From NCBI GenBank assembly GCA_002633005.1, contig NMRA01000259.1, forward strand, positions 419,840-483,839: a stretch of 64,000 bases of DNA, written 5' to 3'. The notes beneath the pieces are model-generated. The model saw nothing but the letters and a program-made list of their open reading frames with translations, was not told the origin of the DNA and ran no database searches. Of this stretch, positions 13,022 through 25,003 are shown in pieces (position 1 is the stretch's first letter; each line of letters begins with the position of its first letter). Position numbers and translations under genes: made by a program. The stretch comes from Phoronis australis (Eukaryota; Animalia; Phoronida).

Positions 13022-13722
13022 AAATCTAAAGTTTCGGACTTGGGTGTAATTTTCATACTTTTACATAATAAACGATACTTTGGTTATTAGATGCACTGGG
13101 TAGCGTACCTATACCCAAATCAACTGACGCCGGATTTATGCGCATGCGAAATTGCCCTCATGCCTTTCGAATAGGAAAAATGAGTTCGTACTTGAATTTT
13201 GAAAAGAACGAAGTAGCAATATTGATGAATTATCAACCGCGATACATTCATCAAATCCATGTCAAGAATAAGGTCTCATCATTTCACAGCATGATGACTG
13301 AGCTATAGTTCAGGGTCTCTGCGTTTCACAACCCACCACCGCACGCGCATGGCCTGGTCGAAACTAAATGTAGTTAGTAGGTCTGTCCCTGCCAGTCTTC
13401 ACAAAGTCAAAGAGTCCCATTCTTAATTTTAAAACCGCCGCTATTATGACGTCATTCCAATACGGGCCAGATTTCAAAACGGATCGGATCGGCTACTGAT
13501 TTGGGACTGTCATGCGACCGGAACAACCCCCCCCCCGTGGCTGTTGATATTATTGCTCAGAAATTGCCAAGTTTTGTTATTTTTTTAGAATTGCGAAACA
13601 TGGTGTGAATACCCACTCACAACTCGTGCTTTGCACAAGCCCATTGAGGGGACTGCTTTGCAAATCATTTGCTCTCGACCCACCGTCTCCTATGTGTTAC
13701 TTGATAATATAACATATTACCT

Positions 13723-13749
13723 TCAGAGGGCGCTACAAAACAGGAAGTT
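13723..13749 (+). promoter_or_regulatory. DIABLO proximal promoter motifs
   Basis: CAGAGGGCGC (CTCF-like) and ACAGGAAGT (ETS-like) just upstream of the ATG. Confidence 0.35.
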
Positions 13750-13755
13750 GCTCTG

Positions 13756-13872
13756 ATGCCGAAGCAAGTTCTGAGAGTTTTGCGGTTTTGTCGCCGCATT
13801 TCACCTGCAATTTTAACCGGTGGCTTGTTGTTCGGTGCTAAACCTGTTATCTTTGACAACTCACAATCCCAG
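13756..13872 (+). CDS. DIABLO: DIABLO exon 1 (presequence + AKPV motif)
   Basis: ATG at 13756, Arg-rich N-terminus with no acidic residues before the motif, donor CAG|GTAACG. Confidence 0.75.
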
Positions 13873-16800
13873 GTAACGTTTATAGTGGATATTGGTTCCA
13901 ACAGGTCGCAAATTCGTTCTCTGGTCAGTCAGTCACTGACGTATATGCAATAAATTTTCCTTGCCTTGCTCTCCTGTGTTTGAACTATGCAGTGGTCGGT
14001 GACGTTATTCAGTTGTTGCCTGGATCTCTAAGTCTATGTGCGACCAGTGTTTTTAATACAGTACATCAGCAATAATATGCTTTGGTGCATTTGTCAGATA
14101 AACAGTACTGTATCTGGTTTAGAGAACCATACAGTTTCATTTACAGTACCTCCATCTCAACTGGCAGTAGAAGCATAGGCCCTTCAATTCATACGCCTCA
14201 GGCTTTTCCGTGAATTGTGTGATTGTCAACTGAATGAAGGACTGTTCAAAAAAAGTTTGATTATGGAAGTATTTGTTTGAGTTGGAAGGGATTAAAGACA
14301 TAGTTTCACACCAAAACAACTGGTTTTCAACACAAATAATAGCACTGTGTGAATCTGTTGCACAGGACAGTTCTTGTCCGCACAGCTTGGTTAATTAGAA
14401 AAGCCCAGCAGTAATGACCTTATGGGATTTCAGCCGAGTCAATTCTGAGAACAGGCATATGTGGTTACATAACCGTCTGTGATGTCAGACCAGGGAGACA
14501 GCTGTGTATTGCAATGGCTATGGACAGTCAACCCTCCAAAATTTTGCATGTTTCATATGATAATTCCTGTCATCTCCATTTGTTGGCATAACTAAATTGT
14601 TTTTTGCCAACGAGATTTAAAGACCAGTGTGTCACAGATAATAAAGCCTAATACAAAATATTACAATTTTCATTTTTTTATTTTCAGCAGTGAGTAGGAA
14701 GGATGTCACCTTTTAATTTAAGCACATATATAACTGAAATTTGAGTGGAGGTTGCACAATGACAGAATTACAAGAACATTTGAAATGGAAGTCTTCTGAA
14801 CTTGTTTTTTTAAATTCATGTGTTAATTTATTGAAATAAAAATAAACCCAAGGCATCAAGAAATATTACCTGAAGATAGCAGTGAACATTATTTCAGGCG
14901 TTCATTATGGTAAGCTAATTCTACCTTGGCAATGACCATCGCCTTTTTTGGCCCGACCAGAGGCGATGCAGCTCCTATAGGAGCTCCATACGCCGGAAGC
15001 TTTTCGGCGAATTATGCCTCGCACCGACTAAAACATCAAAGTCACGTTGTTATAAATACCTTTTGCGCATAGAGGAACACCTTAGGAGGTTGTCGATGTG
15101 TTTAATTCCTTCCAACTCGAACAAATACTCCCGTTATCAAACTTTTTCTTCAAGCAGTCCCTATTTCAGTTCCCAAAATCGTGAACTCACCATTTTCGCT
15201 CGGCGCATGCCAAGAGATATGACCTCATTCTTTTAACCAGGCCGAAGGTCAGAAGTTGCGGTCCTACCGGTGAACTTTGAAAGCTGAAGTCCCCGCCCTC
15301 TGCGTATGTGCTGCCAGGAACCAGCCGTGCTTTTGCCGTGTTGTTAAACATTAAAATGTCAAATATGTGCACAAAGACTATTAAATTTCATATCAACAGC
15401 ATTTATTTTCATCAAATACAAACAATAATTCATTGAAATACAATCAGTTTCAAGTAACGCCAATTAAGAACAAGTAGTGCAGACCTGCCAAGGGGTTATA
15501 ACGACTTTGCTGGAGGTTGATTGAAATTTTGCTTGAGATTGGACAAATTTGCTCAAATTTTGCTTGAGGTTCCTAGCGATATCTTCACTAACTATCAAAC
15601 TTTATATATCCTAAAATATAAGACTTAACTAGTCATATTACATTAATAAAAAACCATTTTATTTCATGAAAACGATATTACATCGTCTTAATATTTTAAA
15701 AAGAATACCGCTAATAATGTGCACTAGGTGGCAGAGTGCTCCGCATGTCACTCGACTCATCGTCAACACCGCTAAGGATCATATAACCATGATATAAGCG
15801 TAGAAAACTAGGTTTTTGAAAAGTTATGACCAAAAAAATTCATTTTGCGTGAGATAGCTTAAGGCTCGCGTGAGTGCATGAGGCAGTGCCCAAATGCGTG
15901 AGAGTCACGCGAGATGCATGAGACTTGGCAGGTCTGGTAGTGGTGGCATTTTGGAAACAAACATTTGACTGACAAGAGCGCAATGGCTCACCTTTGGCCT
16001 ATTTAAAGATTGAGGTCATGATGTCACATCACCTAGCGAGCGCGGTAAAAATTGGAGCGTGCGCAGTATAAAAATGGTGAGTTCACGATTTTGGGAACTG
16101 AAATAGGGACTGCTCGAAAAAGAAGTTTGATAACAGGAGTATTTGTTTGAGTTGGAAGGAATTAAACACATCGACAACCTCCTAAGGTGTTCCTCTATGC
16201 GCAAAAGGTATTTATAATAACGTGACTTTGATGTTTTAGTCGGTGCGAGGCATAATTCGCCGAAAAGCTTCCGGCGTATGGAGTGCCTATAGGAGCTGCA
16301 TTGCTTCTGGTCGGGCCAACAGAGGCGGTGGTCATTGCCTAAATTCTACCATGCTTTGGTCACTGAGTCATAGAAATCAAAGAACAAATCAGTGGACGAT
16401 TATGATTTAATCCACAGTTTGAATTAAAATCAAGTGCTTTCAGTTGGAATTATATGTTTGATTTCTACAATGAAAGACTTTCAAGGTTAGTTGAAGGTTA
16501 CATCTACACTACATAAGTCAAAACTGAAATAATCTCAGTACAGTAAAGTTGATATGTAAGTCAAAATGATCAAATCTTTTACCAAAATAAGTAACTTAGA
16601 ATGCACAGTACTTTAGAACATTTAAGCATTACAGACGTTATCCAATAACACGACAAATTTACATGATATGAAAGTGGATATGCCTAACTATTACCATGGC
16701 GACCAGGTAATTCTTTACATTAGAATTCGACAAACATGATTTGAAAAAATAAGAAGTTGCATGGAAAAAGGACTGGAGCCTGGAAGCTTCACAATCCAAC

Positions 16801-19800
16801 ATGGCCTATTACTCTAATTAAGAGCCTTTACATTTTGGGCCTTGATAACTTGAATTAAGAAAGCAAAAAGTTACAACGCATGTACGTGTATTAAAAGAAC
16901 AATTTATACGTAAAATTTAGAAGAATATGAATTATGTTGTGACACATAATGAAATCTTGAAGCGCAATTGACTAAATTCAAAGAAAAAACGATTTCAAAA
17001 CTATTTTAACAATTTTTTTAAGCTGAGTATATGGTCAACTGAATGGGCTATTCACACTGCAATAATTAGAATATTCCTTATATTTTTTTGCTAAAAAACA
17101 TAAACATTGTGCAAATTTGCTTTTTTGTAGCAGCTTTCATCAAAGTGTATCAAAGTTAATACTTCACCAAGTACAAAATAGCCGATTGAACATGCCCTTC
17201 AGTTCAGCAGAAATCGCCATGTTGTCGGTGCCGCCGGAAATGAGACTACGTCCAACGGGAATTGTGAGCACTTTTATCACTCAATAAGTAACATCTGCTT
17301 GGCTGAAATCCAATGAAAACTATTGAATCGTTCAGAATAGTAGGTATAGATCTTTCTCACTAAATTTCATCGTGAATTTTTAGTGAAAATAATTTACACA
17401 CGGCTTTAAACTCATAACTTATGCCGCTGTTGTCCAAGATGGCCGACCCGATCCAAACAAATGTCCCAAATTTCGCCACCAAAACTGCAGTAAATGTGCA
17501 CTACTTAACCCGATTTTGATAATTTTTATTGAGTGGGATGCATTATCTTTCCGATTATATCAAAGTATTTTTGCAAATCGAAAAAAAATTGGTTGGACAG
17601 CCCTACTCTTACTGTTCATTCAGTCCAGCTACATGTACCGATCGACTAGGCTAAATTCAATGGAATGCAAGGACAGGTAACGAGCATCAAGCTATTCAGC
17701 ACATCCACCTACAAACACTTACCGGTATGTTGCAAAAACTGTAATTCAAAAGAAAAACAATCTACTGGTTACTTTTAGCACTAATAAATCCTTTCCAACA
17801 GTGTCCTTCGATGCTATCCGCTGTTTTGAATGTTAGGTTGTCAATATTAGCTCAAGGCCCACTAGCTTCTGGAAAGCGACAGCATGTACCGTTTCGAATA
17901 CTCTCTAAAAGTTCCTCATCCTGGTTTACAACTATACTCGGATCATTGGCTGTCGTTCTAGAAGCAGTCCATACAAAATATGTTCGCTACTTACTACCAA
18001 ATACGGCGACACTCCACTCGTGGTCTTCGCAAAGTCTTCTCACTTGCGACGCAGTCTTGGATCAGTGGGAAACTTGTGCAAAGTTACCCCAGTCCTTGGC
18101 ATATTGCCACAGCCTCCATCTACACAACGATCAGGCATTCTTCTTCAAATATTTACTCCAGTTTAAATCTAAAAATCCGTCTACATTTGAAAAAAGTACT
18201 CCTCTTGGCACACAGCAATGGACACTGTGGACTCAGTCAGGCTGACTCTGCAATGATTGGGTCACGTCCCTACTAACTACTGCAAAATGTGTATGGCAAC
18301 AAACAAGACCATGTGCATATGTGTCACATTTCAGAGAATTAATGGGCAAAAGTTGCATAATAAACTGATTCTAACAAACAGAAAGATTCCATTTGTGCCA
18401 GGTAGTCCCAGTTCAAACCTATGGACAGACTCGGCAGTGATCAAGTCGGGTTCCTGATGTGACGTGTTTCTGAAGATAGCCGAAGTTGAAAATTTTTTGT
18501 CCTCAAAATTTTGTGGACAAGTGGGAGGCAGCATGTTTTAAACGAATAATAGAAGGATATCATGGGGTATGAAACAAAAAGAAATGTGTTTTATAAGCAA
18601 ACTTTATTAACAGTCAACACATGTGTACACACATACTAACTACAACTAAATAGCTTTGAGCTAATCACTTTAAAGACATCAACAAACTCCTAAGGTGTTC
18701 CTCTATACGCAAAAGCTACTCATAGCAGCATGACTTTGATGGTTTAATCAGTGTCGGGCATAATTCGCTGAAAAGCTTCTGGTGCCGTATGGAGGGTCTA
18801 TAGAATGGTCACGACACTGTTTCTACTGCCAGTTGAGATGGCCGGTGGCGCTGTTTCATGCGCTGAAAAACGGGCTCATAAACATTATTCAGTGAGTGCC
18901 TGGTTCTCTAAATCTTGATCAAGGACCACTGTGTATTTGGCCAATGCTAGTAAATTGCTGATGTACTACTAACGGCACCTGGTGGGATATAGTGGTCCCT
19001 GATTTAGAGATGGGACCGTTATTGAGTGGATGAAACTGGTTCTCTAAATCAAGGACTGCTATATCCCACCAGTACCCTCTAAAAACTGGATAAAATATAC
19101 AAATTGAAGTATACTGCTTTGGATCGACGAGGGTAGAAAAACGGCAAAGTAGGATCTGACACAAAGTGAATAACGGAGAAAAGTGTACCCTTCCTTTCTA
19201 TGTAAACCAGTACAGTAAACTTACATGGTGACCAATGCGAAAATAGTGTTGTTAGTCTGCTTATTCAGCAATTAAATTAAGCAGCTCCACCACCTTCTTG
19301 GGCCCATTCACTAGTAAGCGCCACCTGTTGCCTACAATTATATTTGTGGAGCAATCATATGCGTCAACCTTGAGCGCCATGAAATAAAGTGCCCGTTTCT
19401 GTATTTCCAGATTTTTCAAGCTGCTGTTCTCGTTTCTCAAGATTGTACACAGTTCACAACAAATTACTAGAAGTGGTTGCGCTTCATGAGCACTTTTTGC
19501 AACTTTATTATTACCTGTGAACTGAAATTCTGAGTAAATTTGGCTTTGGTGAAGTTGTCGTCGTCACCTAAAAGATATCCCTTTACCAAACGAAAACTGT
19601 TAAGAAAATGAGGCATGTTGCAAGTGTAATTTTTTTGAAATTTGATTCCCGACCTCTAAAAGCAGGAGAATATCTTATTGCAAGTAAATGACGTTCATGA
19701 CAATAATTTTGGCCTCAGAGATGTGTATGGAACAACCTTGTTTTTTGCTCACGAAATTTGAATTAGTCAAAAGTTTGACGTGTTGCATCAGATACTGACA

Positions 19801-22800
19801 TAACACATGTGTTGCAGTGTGTTTTTCATGGCAAAAAGTTATTGTGACATTATGCATTGGTGGCGCACCACCATTTGTTGCAGTGTCCCTAGTGCATTGC
19901 AACACATCGGGGGTCGTGAAGCACAATGTTGCATTGCGAAATGGGACATAGTTGTGGTTGGGCAATATTTGAAACCAACCAAAATCTAGTCGAGTACATC
20001 ACTTACCAATGGCATTCTGCCATTTTCGGCATTATTGTTTTCATGTCCATCCTGAAGATACCTTGTTCCATTAAGTTAAAGTTACCCGTTTTGTTCCCAG
20101 ACATGCCCGCTGTCTAGTGATCTTAGTCACAAGACTCTGATAAAGAATGCCTCATCAGTTGCCGTGGATACCATCTGCTCACTCCTCCATCAGACTGCCA
20201 TAGCCTTGGCTGAAGCAGAGCAGGATTATGCCAAGGTAATCTGTGCATTGTCCCTCACGACAAAATACTTATCAAAATTTTTTCAAAAAATTATTTTGCT
20301 TTCTTACTGTACTCGTCCGGGTGCGCTTAAATCGGGAATCTAAAACAACGGTTTGGGTGGTAAGCCGAGCTTGGGCACTTAAAAGTGAAAAATTTCGGGT
20401 GTTGGCAGTAAGCCAAGCATGTGCGGTAACCCGGCGAGTACGGTACTTACTGACCTTCTTTCTTGTCCTCCTTACTTAGTTCTATGGTGGTGCATAGGCA
20501 GCTTAAAAGCCCTAGTAGTAACTTAGCTTAAAGTAATGCAGGACCCTACAAAAATTCCAGATTTAGCTTACTTCGGAACATCATATCTCAGAAATGGCTG
20601 ATCGCATTCACATGAAATTTTTAGATACTAAATGCTTTATGCACTGTCCCCCAAAACGCTGTTAGGCATTGGTTTTTAAAATGTTCCTCTTTCCCATTAG
20701 AGGCTATCAAAGATTATGATTTTTATGATTATGCCATTTTTACCGAGTTGGTATTACACCTTGTGTCCACACTTGCCTGGTCATCTCATTTGTGTAGGAC
20801 CCCAGAGAACTGTTCAGATTTGGCTAACTTTGGAACTCCATACCTCAGAAATGACTCATTGAATTTATTTGAATGAAATTTTCATCAGATGCTGTGCTGT
20901 ATACACTGTTCTCCACTTTTCATCAGGCTATCAAAATGGGGTTTATTATTTTTATGAAAAAATCAAAAGTTACATCAATTCCGTCAAACGAAACGATAAT
21001 GTAGAAAACTGTATCAGAGTTACAGAGATTTCGTCTCAAAAATTTAGATCATTCGGAATTTGGTCATGCTATTAATGCTGTTGTGTTGTGTTGCTTTTGA
21101 TGTACCTTGCATTTTTGCTATTTTTTTTCGTAAAAGGAGATGGTCATATGGCCCAATTGTACGCAGATTGGTGTAGAGTAAAAAATCAAATTCTATATGC
21201 TTTTTGCTTTCAAAAAATATATATTTTTGCCTAGCTATTAGTTGTAGACATTCGGCTGAATTCACAAGACTTAATCAAATTGTTTTCAGGCAAGTTCACA
21301 GTATACGTGACTTGAATAAATGATGATAAATGTGCATCTGAGACAGTCATGTTTATGAATGCAGACCAGCAGGTCACAAATGCGACCTCAGGGAATCAGA
21401 ATCGTTTCGCAAAAATCTGAACCACCTGGTTATGAGTCATGCCCGTGTAACATGTGATGGTCGTCTGCTTCTGGACCTGAGGGGAAAATTGGAACTTACT
21501 TTAAACACTTGGTGGCGCTGTGCTCAACCGTCATCTTCAGTTGATCTCCTATTGTCCTTAATGGTTTCGTCCCTAAACCATGTCCATCTCTAGTAGGTGG
21601 GACAACAGAGTTGATCAGGCTCTGTCTGACACTTGTAAAACACACCTAATTTTCCATTTGACTAAAAAAAAAGCGGCGGACATTTGCTGAGTTTGCCAGT
21701 TACTCACTTCATGTTGCCAAGTATGTGTCGTCTGTTAGGGCTAGGACTTTCGCAACTCCCCACCCCCCCATACGGGGCTTCCTTGTTTTGTCGACCTCAA
21801 TTCTTGTTTGGCCACCAGTGAATTTTGCGAAATCACCTTCGGCAAGTTGACATTATGGTATGCGTTGAGCCTTGAAATGGCTTTACAACAATATATTTCA
21901 CTTTCAGACTTCTGTTCATAGACTGTCCATCTGGATTTGGTAAAATTCAAAGTGTAACATGACACAAGAACTTTGTGATTTCAGAGGATTGAAGCGGTGG
22001 TAGAGTCAGTGGACAGGGTGTGTCAGGCATTAGGGAGGTACGATGAGGGGGAGGCTTGGGATAGACTGTTAGAGGCGCGGTCAGGGCTGGACGAAGCAAA
22101 GAGGGAACGACAGGTGAGGGGGGAGAAGGTTCAGTGATGGAGAATTGTTTTTATACTGATAAAAGTCATTCTATGAAATATCTTGATAGACGGATTGTGA
22201 ACTGACAGCATGGAATTTATCAGAAAAAATTCACTCTTTGGTAATGAACCTAAAAGTATAAATGAGTGCTGTATTGACCTGTTAGTGCTGGGCTCAGGAG
22301 ACAGGTCATTGACAGACTGTGCACTCTAGCAACCAAACTGTTTGAAGTGAGCTATTATATGCCCAGGTTTTACGACTGCATACGAGTAATACTTCACGCT
22401 TCACGATTTATGTACTGCTGTACAAGACAAAAGTAATTAGACAAAATAGCATTTTCTGTCATGACGGCTAATCCTCCTAACAGTAAAAATGACTGGTATT
22501 AACCATTATTGATGCAAAATTGCAACTACAGTAGGACCTAACGTCCCTGTTCATCCCTCTTAATTCTTGACCATTAGGGAAGCCTACATGCGCGATAAGT
22601 TTGGCTTCCACCAAGCTGTCATCACAGGGAATTCCAGGTCATTTTGGGAGGGTGTGTCAGACTCTGTGATTGTACAACGTGCAGAGGACTGTAGCACCTA
22701 ATGAGGTGTGGGGGTTCAGGAATAGAGAATTGTAGGTTCTCTGGTTGAGATGGTATATCCAGCGCTGGTGGTACAATGGGGTAAATACCTGTTACGAGTG

Positions 22801-25003
22801 GTGAAATTAAGGGGTGAGGGGAAGAATTATTGGTGAATTAGTTTGATGAAATGAAAACAGTATGATGCTTAAGAAAACTGTTAACAGTGTTGTTGTGATT
22901 TCATCTTGAACGGTTATAGAAAATGGAATTTTTAACCATGTTACAGATTCCTCTGATTTGCTATCAAGCCTTTCCATTTTGCAATTACAAAAACACAATT
23001 GTTGTGTAAACTTATTAATAACAGGCTGATGAAAAGCAAGAATCAAATTCTAAAGACTTTCTACTGTCAGAAAGCATTCCAATGTGCAGCACTTTACAAA
23101 GATAAAGCTTGCCATACTAGTCTTACAAAGGGAGTGTGCACATACTTAACTAGATCTGAAGTTGCTTTGTATTCTGCTGACTGGCCTGTCATAAAACTGT
23201 ATAATCTCACTGTATTAATAGAAATGCCACAACATTTTACTGGGAAATCGGGGGTCATTTTCGACGTGTTTTTTTAATTCATGGATAAAAGTTATGTAAA
23301 ACTATATTTCACACTTGTGACTTGATTTTGGACATTTTAGCCCGACTACATGTGTATGGAAAAGTTGCTAGTTGACTATGAAAATGAATCTAAATTTGCT
23401 CATGTTAACCCCTAGATTGAACCTACGACCTTTAGCTCCAACTCGAATGTTCGAGTTCTGGCTCAAGTTGATGTAGCTTTTGTGTTGGGATCTTCGAGTG
23501 GTCACTTTGGTTATATAATTGTCTGCGCAAGTCGTGACGTTCTCAAGCAATCCAAGACAGTACATGTCTGGAGTTCTCGATAAACTTTTAAAAAAGAATG
23601 AAAGATATTAAGACTTTTTGATGTCTCACGCTGTTCACTCTTGCTGTTACAGTACCTGCAGCTGTTGCTGACTAGTGTGCAGCAGGCAGTAGAATCAGTG
23701 GCTGTAACGGCCATCCAAGCAGGTACGTTATTCTCACATTCTGTTCATATTTGCAAAACTTATGAGGCATTCTCCGTAATCACAACAGGACAGAACCACT
23801 ACCTCTCTATTAGGCTAACTGCTTGAAATATGATTGTGAAATTTGGCATTAGTGTTTTCTGCCTTAGGCTCAGTATCTACCAACTGGAAGGTTCTTGTTG
23901 TATCTTTATGAAATTTGATATGCATTAGGGATCTTTTCATTCTGGGGTTGATGCAGTGAAGCATTACAAACCTATTGAGAAAGCCAGGAAGGTCTTTTCA
24001 CTGGAGCCTTTTGTGTGAGGCAACAATGTAAACACAACTGGCCTTCACAGCTGGGCTATTGTGTCAACCAGGTGTCCCTTCATGGAACTACTTTACTGTG
24101 GACTGGAGGATCTTTGCATACTTGTTGTACATAACACATTAACAATTCTAGCCAATGTTGTCTTTCAAAAGAATTCCCAGTAGTCAGTTTCCAAAGAAAC
24201 TCACTGTTTTATTAGGCTAAGCATTGTTGTACAAAAATCAGATTGATATTATTGAACAATTCTTGTCGTGAGATAGGCACCCAGCTGAATGCCCACGACA
24301 CTTAATTTGGGGAAATTGAAAAATCAGGATTGTCATTAAGCTGAGCATCAACGCTGTAATCAAAATTTTTTGACAAATCTGGTATGGGCATTCACCCAAG
24401 TGGTCAATATTATCATGCTTTCACATTTTTTATGCAACGGTATATTAGTATTCTAATACACAGGAGTCAAAAAGAACCATTTCAAGTCTCCTTCAGTAAA
24501 GAGTAGGTATTTTCCTATGTGAATGTAAAGGTGCCACCCGAACTGACTGTTTGTTAGCAAGTATATTTTGGGAGCAAAAATTCTTGGGAAATGATGATTC
24601 AGAAAAACCGTGTCACTTTTAAAGAAGTCTTCATCACATAAATTTGGGGTCGGCACTAACCTGTAAAAGTGAAAGCTGAGGAATTTGGGGCGTGGGCTTT
24701 AAGATGAAAATGTGTACTAAGCCGGAAGTATATATGTCATTTATAAATCAGTTTTTTTTGTTTCCAGAGTCTGATTATGCTGGTATAATTGCTGGAGAGC
24801 GTCTTGTGTCTGTAAAGAATTACCTAAAGCCATTCCAAGAGCGCTCAACAAGGTTGGAAGAAACGCTGAGTACTGCCGAGATTAAAAGTATTGAACTAAC
24901 CAGCCAGCACTACGAGAAAGTGAAGAAGGACAGTGAATCGACAACGCACGGACAAGATCATGAGAGGGTGGGAGATTATGACAAAGATGAAGAGAGTACA
25001 TGA
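13756..25003 (+). CDS. DIABLO: DIABLO/Smac homolog (mitochondrial IAP antagonist). Exons 13756-13872, 20101-20235, 21985-22113, 23653-23722, 24768-25003; 228 aa
   Basis: GT-AG exons join in frame (687 nt). The protein MPKQVLRVLRFCRR...GGLLFG-AKPV...DLSHKTLIKNASSVAVDTICSLLHQTAIALAEAEQDYAK...EAWDRLLEAR...VAVTAIQAESDYAGIIAGERLVSVK follows, helix by helix, Smac [71 protein letters not shown] (recalled sequence). Confidence 0.85.
14926..16341. mobile_element. Mutator-like (MULE) MITE, copy 2 (opposite orientation), carries a nested insertion
   Basis: About 270-bp TIRs of the same family; 9-bp TSD AATTCTACC at 14917-14925 and 16342-16350. Confidence 0.88.
15480..15936. mobile_element. hAT-like MITE with 6-bp TSD, nested in MULE copy 2
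   Basis: TIR CAGACCTGCCAAG/CTTGGCAGGTCTG; TSD GTAGTG; absent from the equivalent site of copy 1. Confidence 0.85.
17960..18138 (-). pseudogene. Decayed THAP zinc-finger domain (transposon-derived)
   Basis: MPDRCVDGGCGNMPRTGVTLHKFPTDPRLRRK*EDFAK...LVVSSEH: C-x4-C, HxFP, conserved W replaced by TGA, third Cys replaced by Ser, then frameshift. Confidence 0.8.
18979..19072. mobile_element. Tiny palindromic MITE (family also at 35304-35422 and about 43388-43460)
   Basis: CTGGTGGGATATAGTGGTCCCTGATTTAGAGA with inverted partner TCTCTAAATCAAGGACTGCTATATCCCACCAG. Confidence 0.65.
20101..20235 (+). CDS. DIABLO: DIABLO exon 2
   Basis: ttttgttcccag acceptor, AAG|GTAATC donor; TCPLSSDLSHKTLIKNASSVAVDT...DYAK. 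Confidence 0.85.
20307..20443. mobile_element. Tc1/mariner(pogo)-like MITE
   Basis: TA|CTGTACTCGTCCGGGT ... ACCCGGCGAGTACGG|TA. Confidence 0.6.
21985..22113 (+). CDS. DIABLO: DIABLO exon 3
   Basis: gatttcag acceptor, CAG|GTGAGG donor; RIEAVVESVDRVCQALGRYDEGEAWDRLLEAR... Confidence 0.85.
23653..23722 (+). CDS. DIABLO: DIABLO exon 4
   Basis: ctgttacag acceptor, CAG|GTACGT donor; YLQLLLTSVQQAVESVAVTAIQA. Confidence 0.85.
24768..25003 (+). CDS. DIABLO: DIABLO exon 5 (terminal coding)
   Basis: ttttgtttccag acceptor; SDYAGIIAGERLVSVK...DKDEEST*; acidic tail as in Smac. Confidence 0.85.

Larger units (their letters stand above)
14088..18945. mobile_element. Outer degenerate inverted-repeat pair bracketing about 4.9 kb of DIABLO intron 1
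   Basis: CATTTGTCAGATAAACAGT..GTTTAGAGAACCA..CCATCTCAACTGGCAGTAGAA on the left is matched in reverse complement at 18817-18945. Confidence 0.55.

Noticed and set aside
17811-18245. 144-aa plus-strand ORF
   Set aside because: Shadow of the minus-strand THAP remnant.
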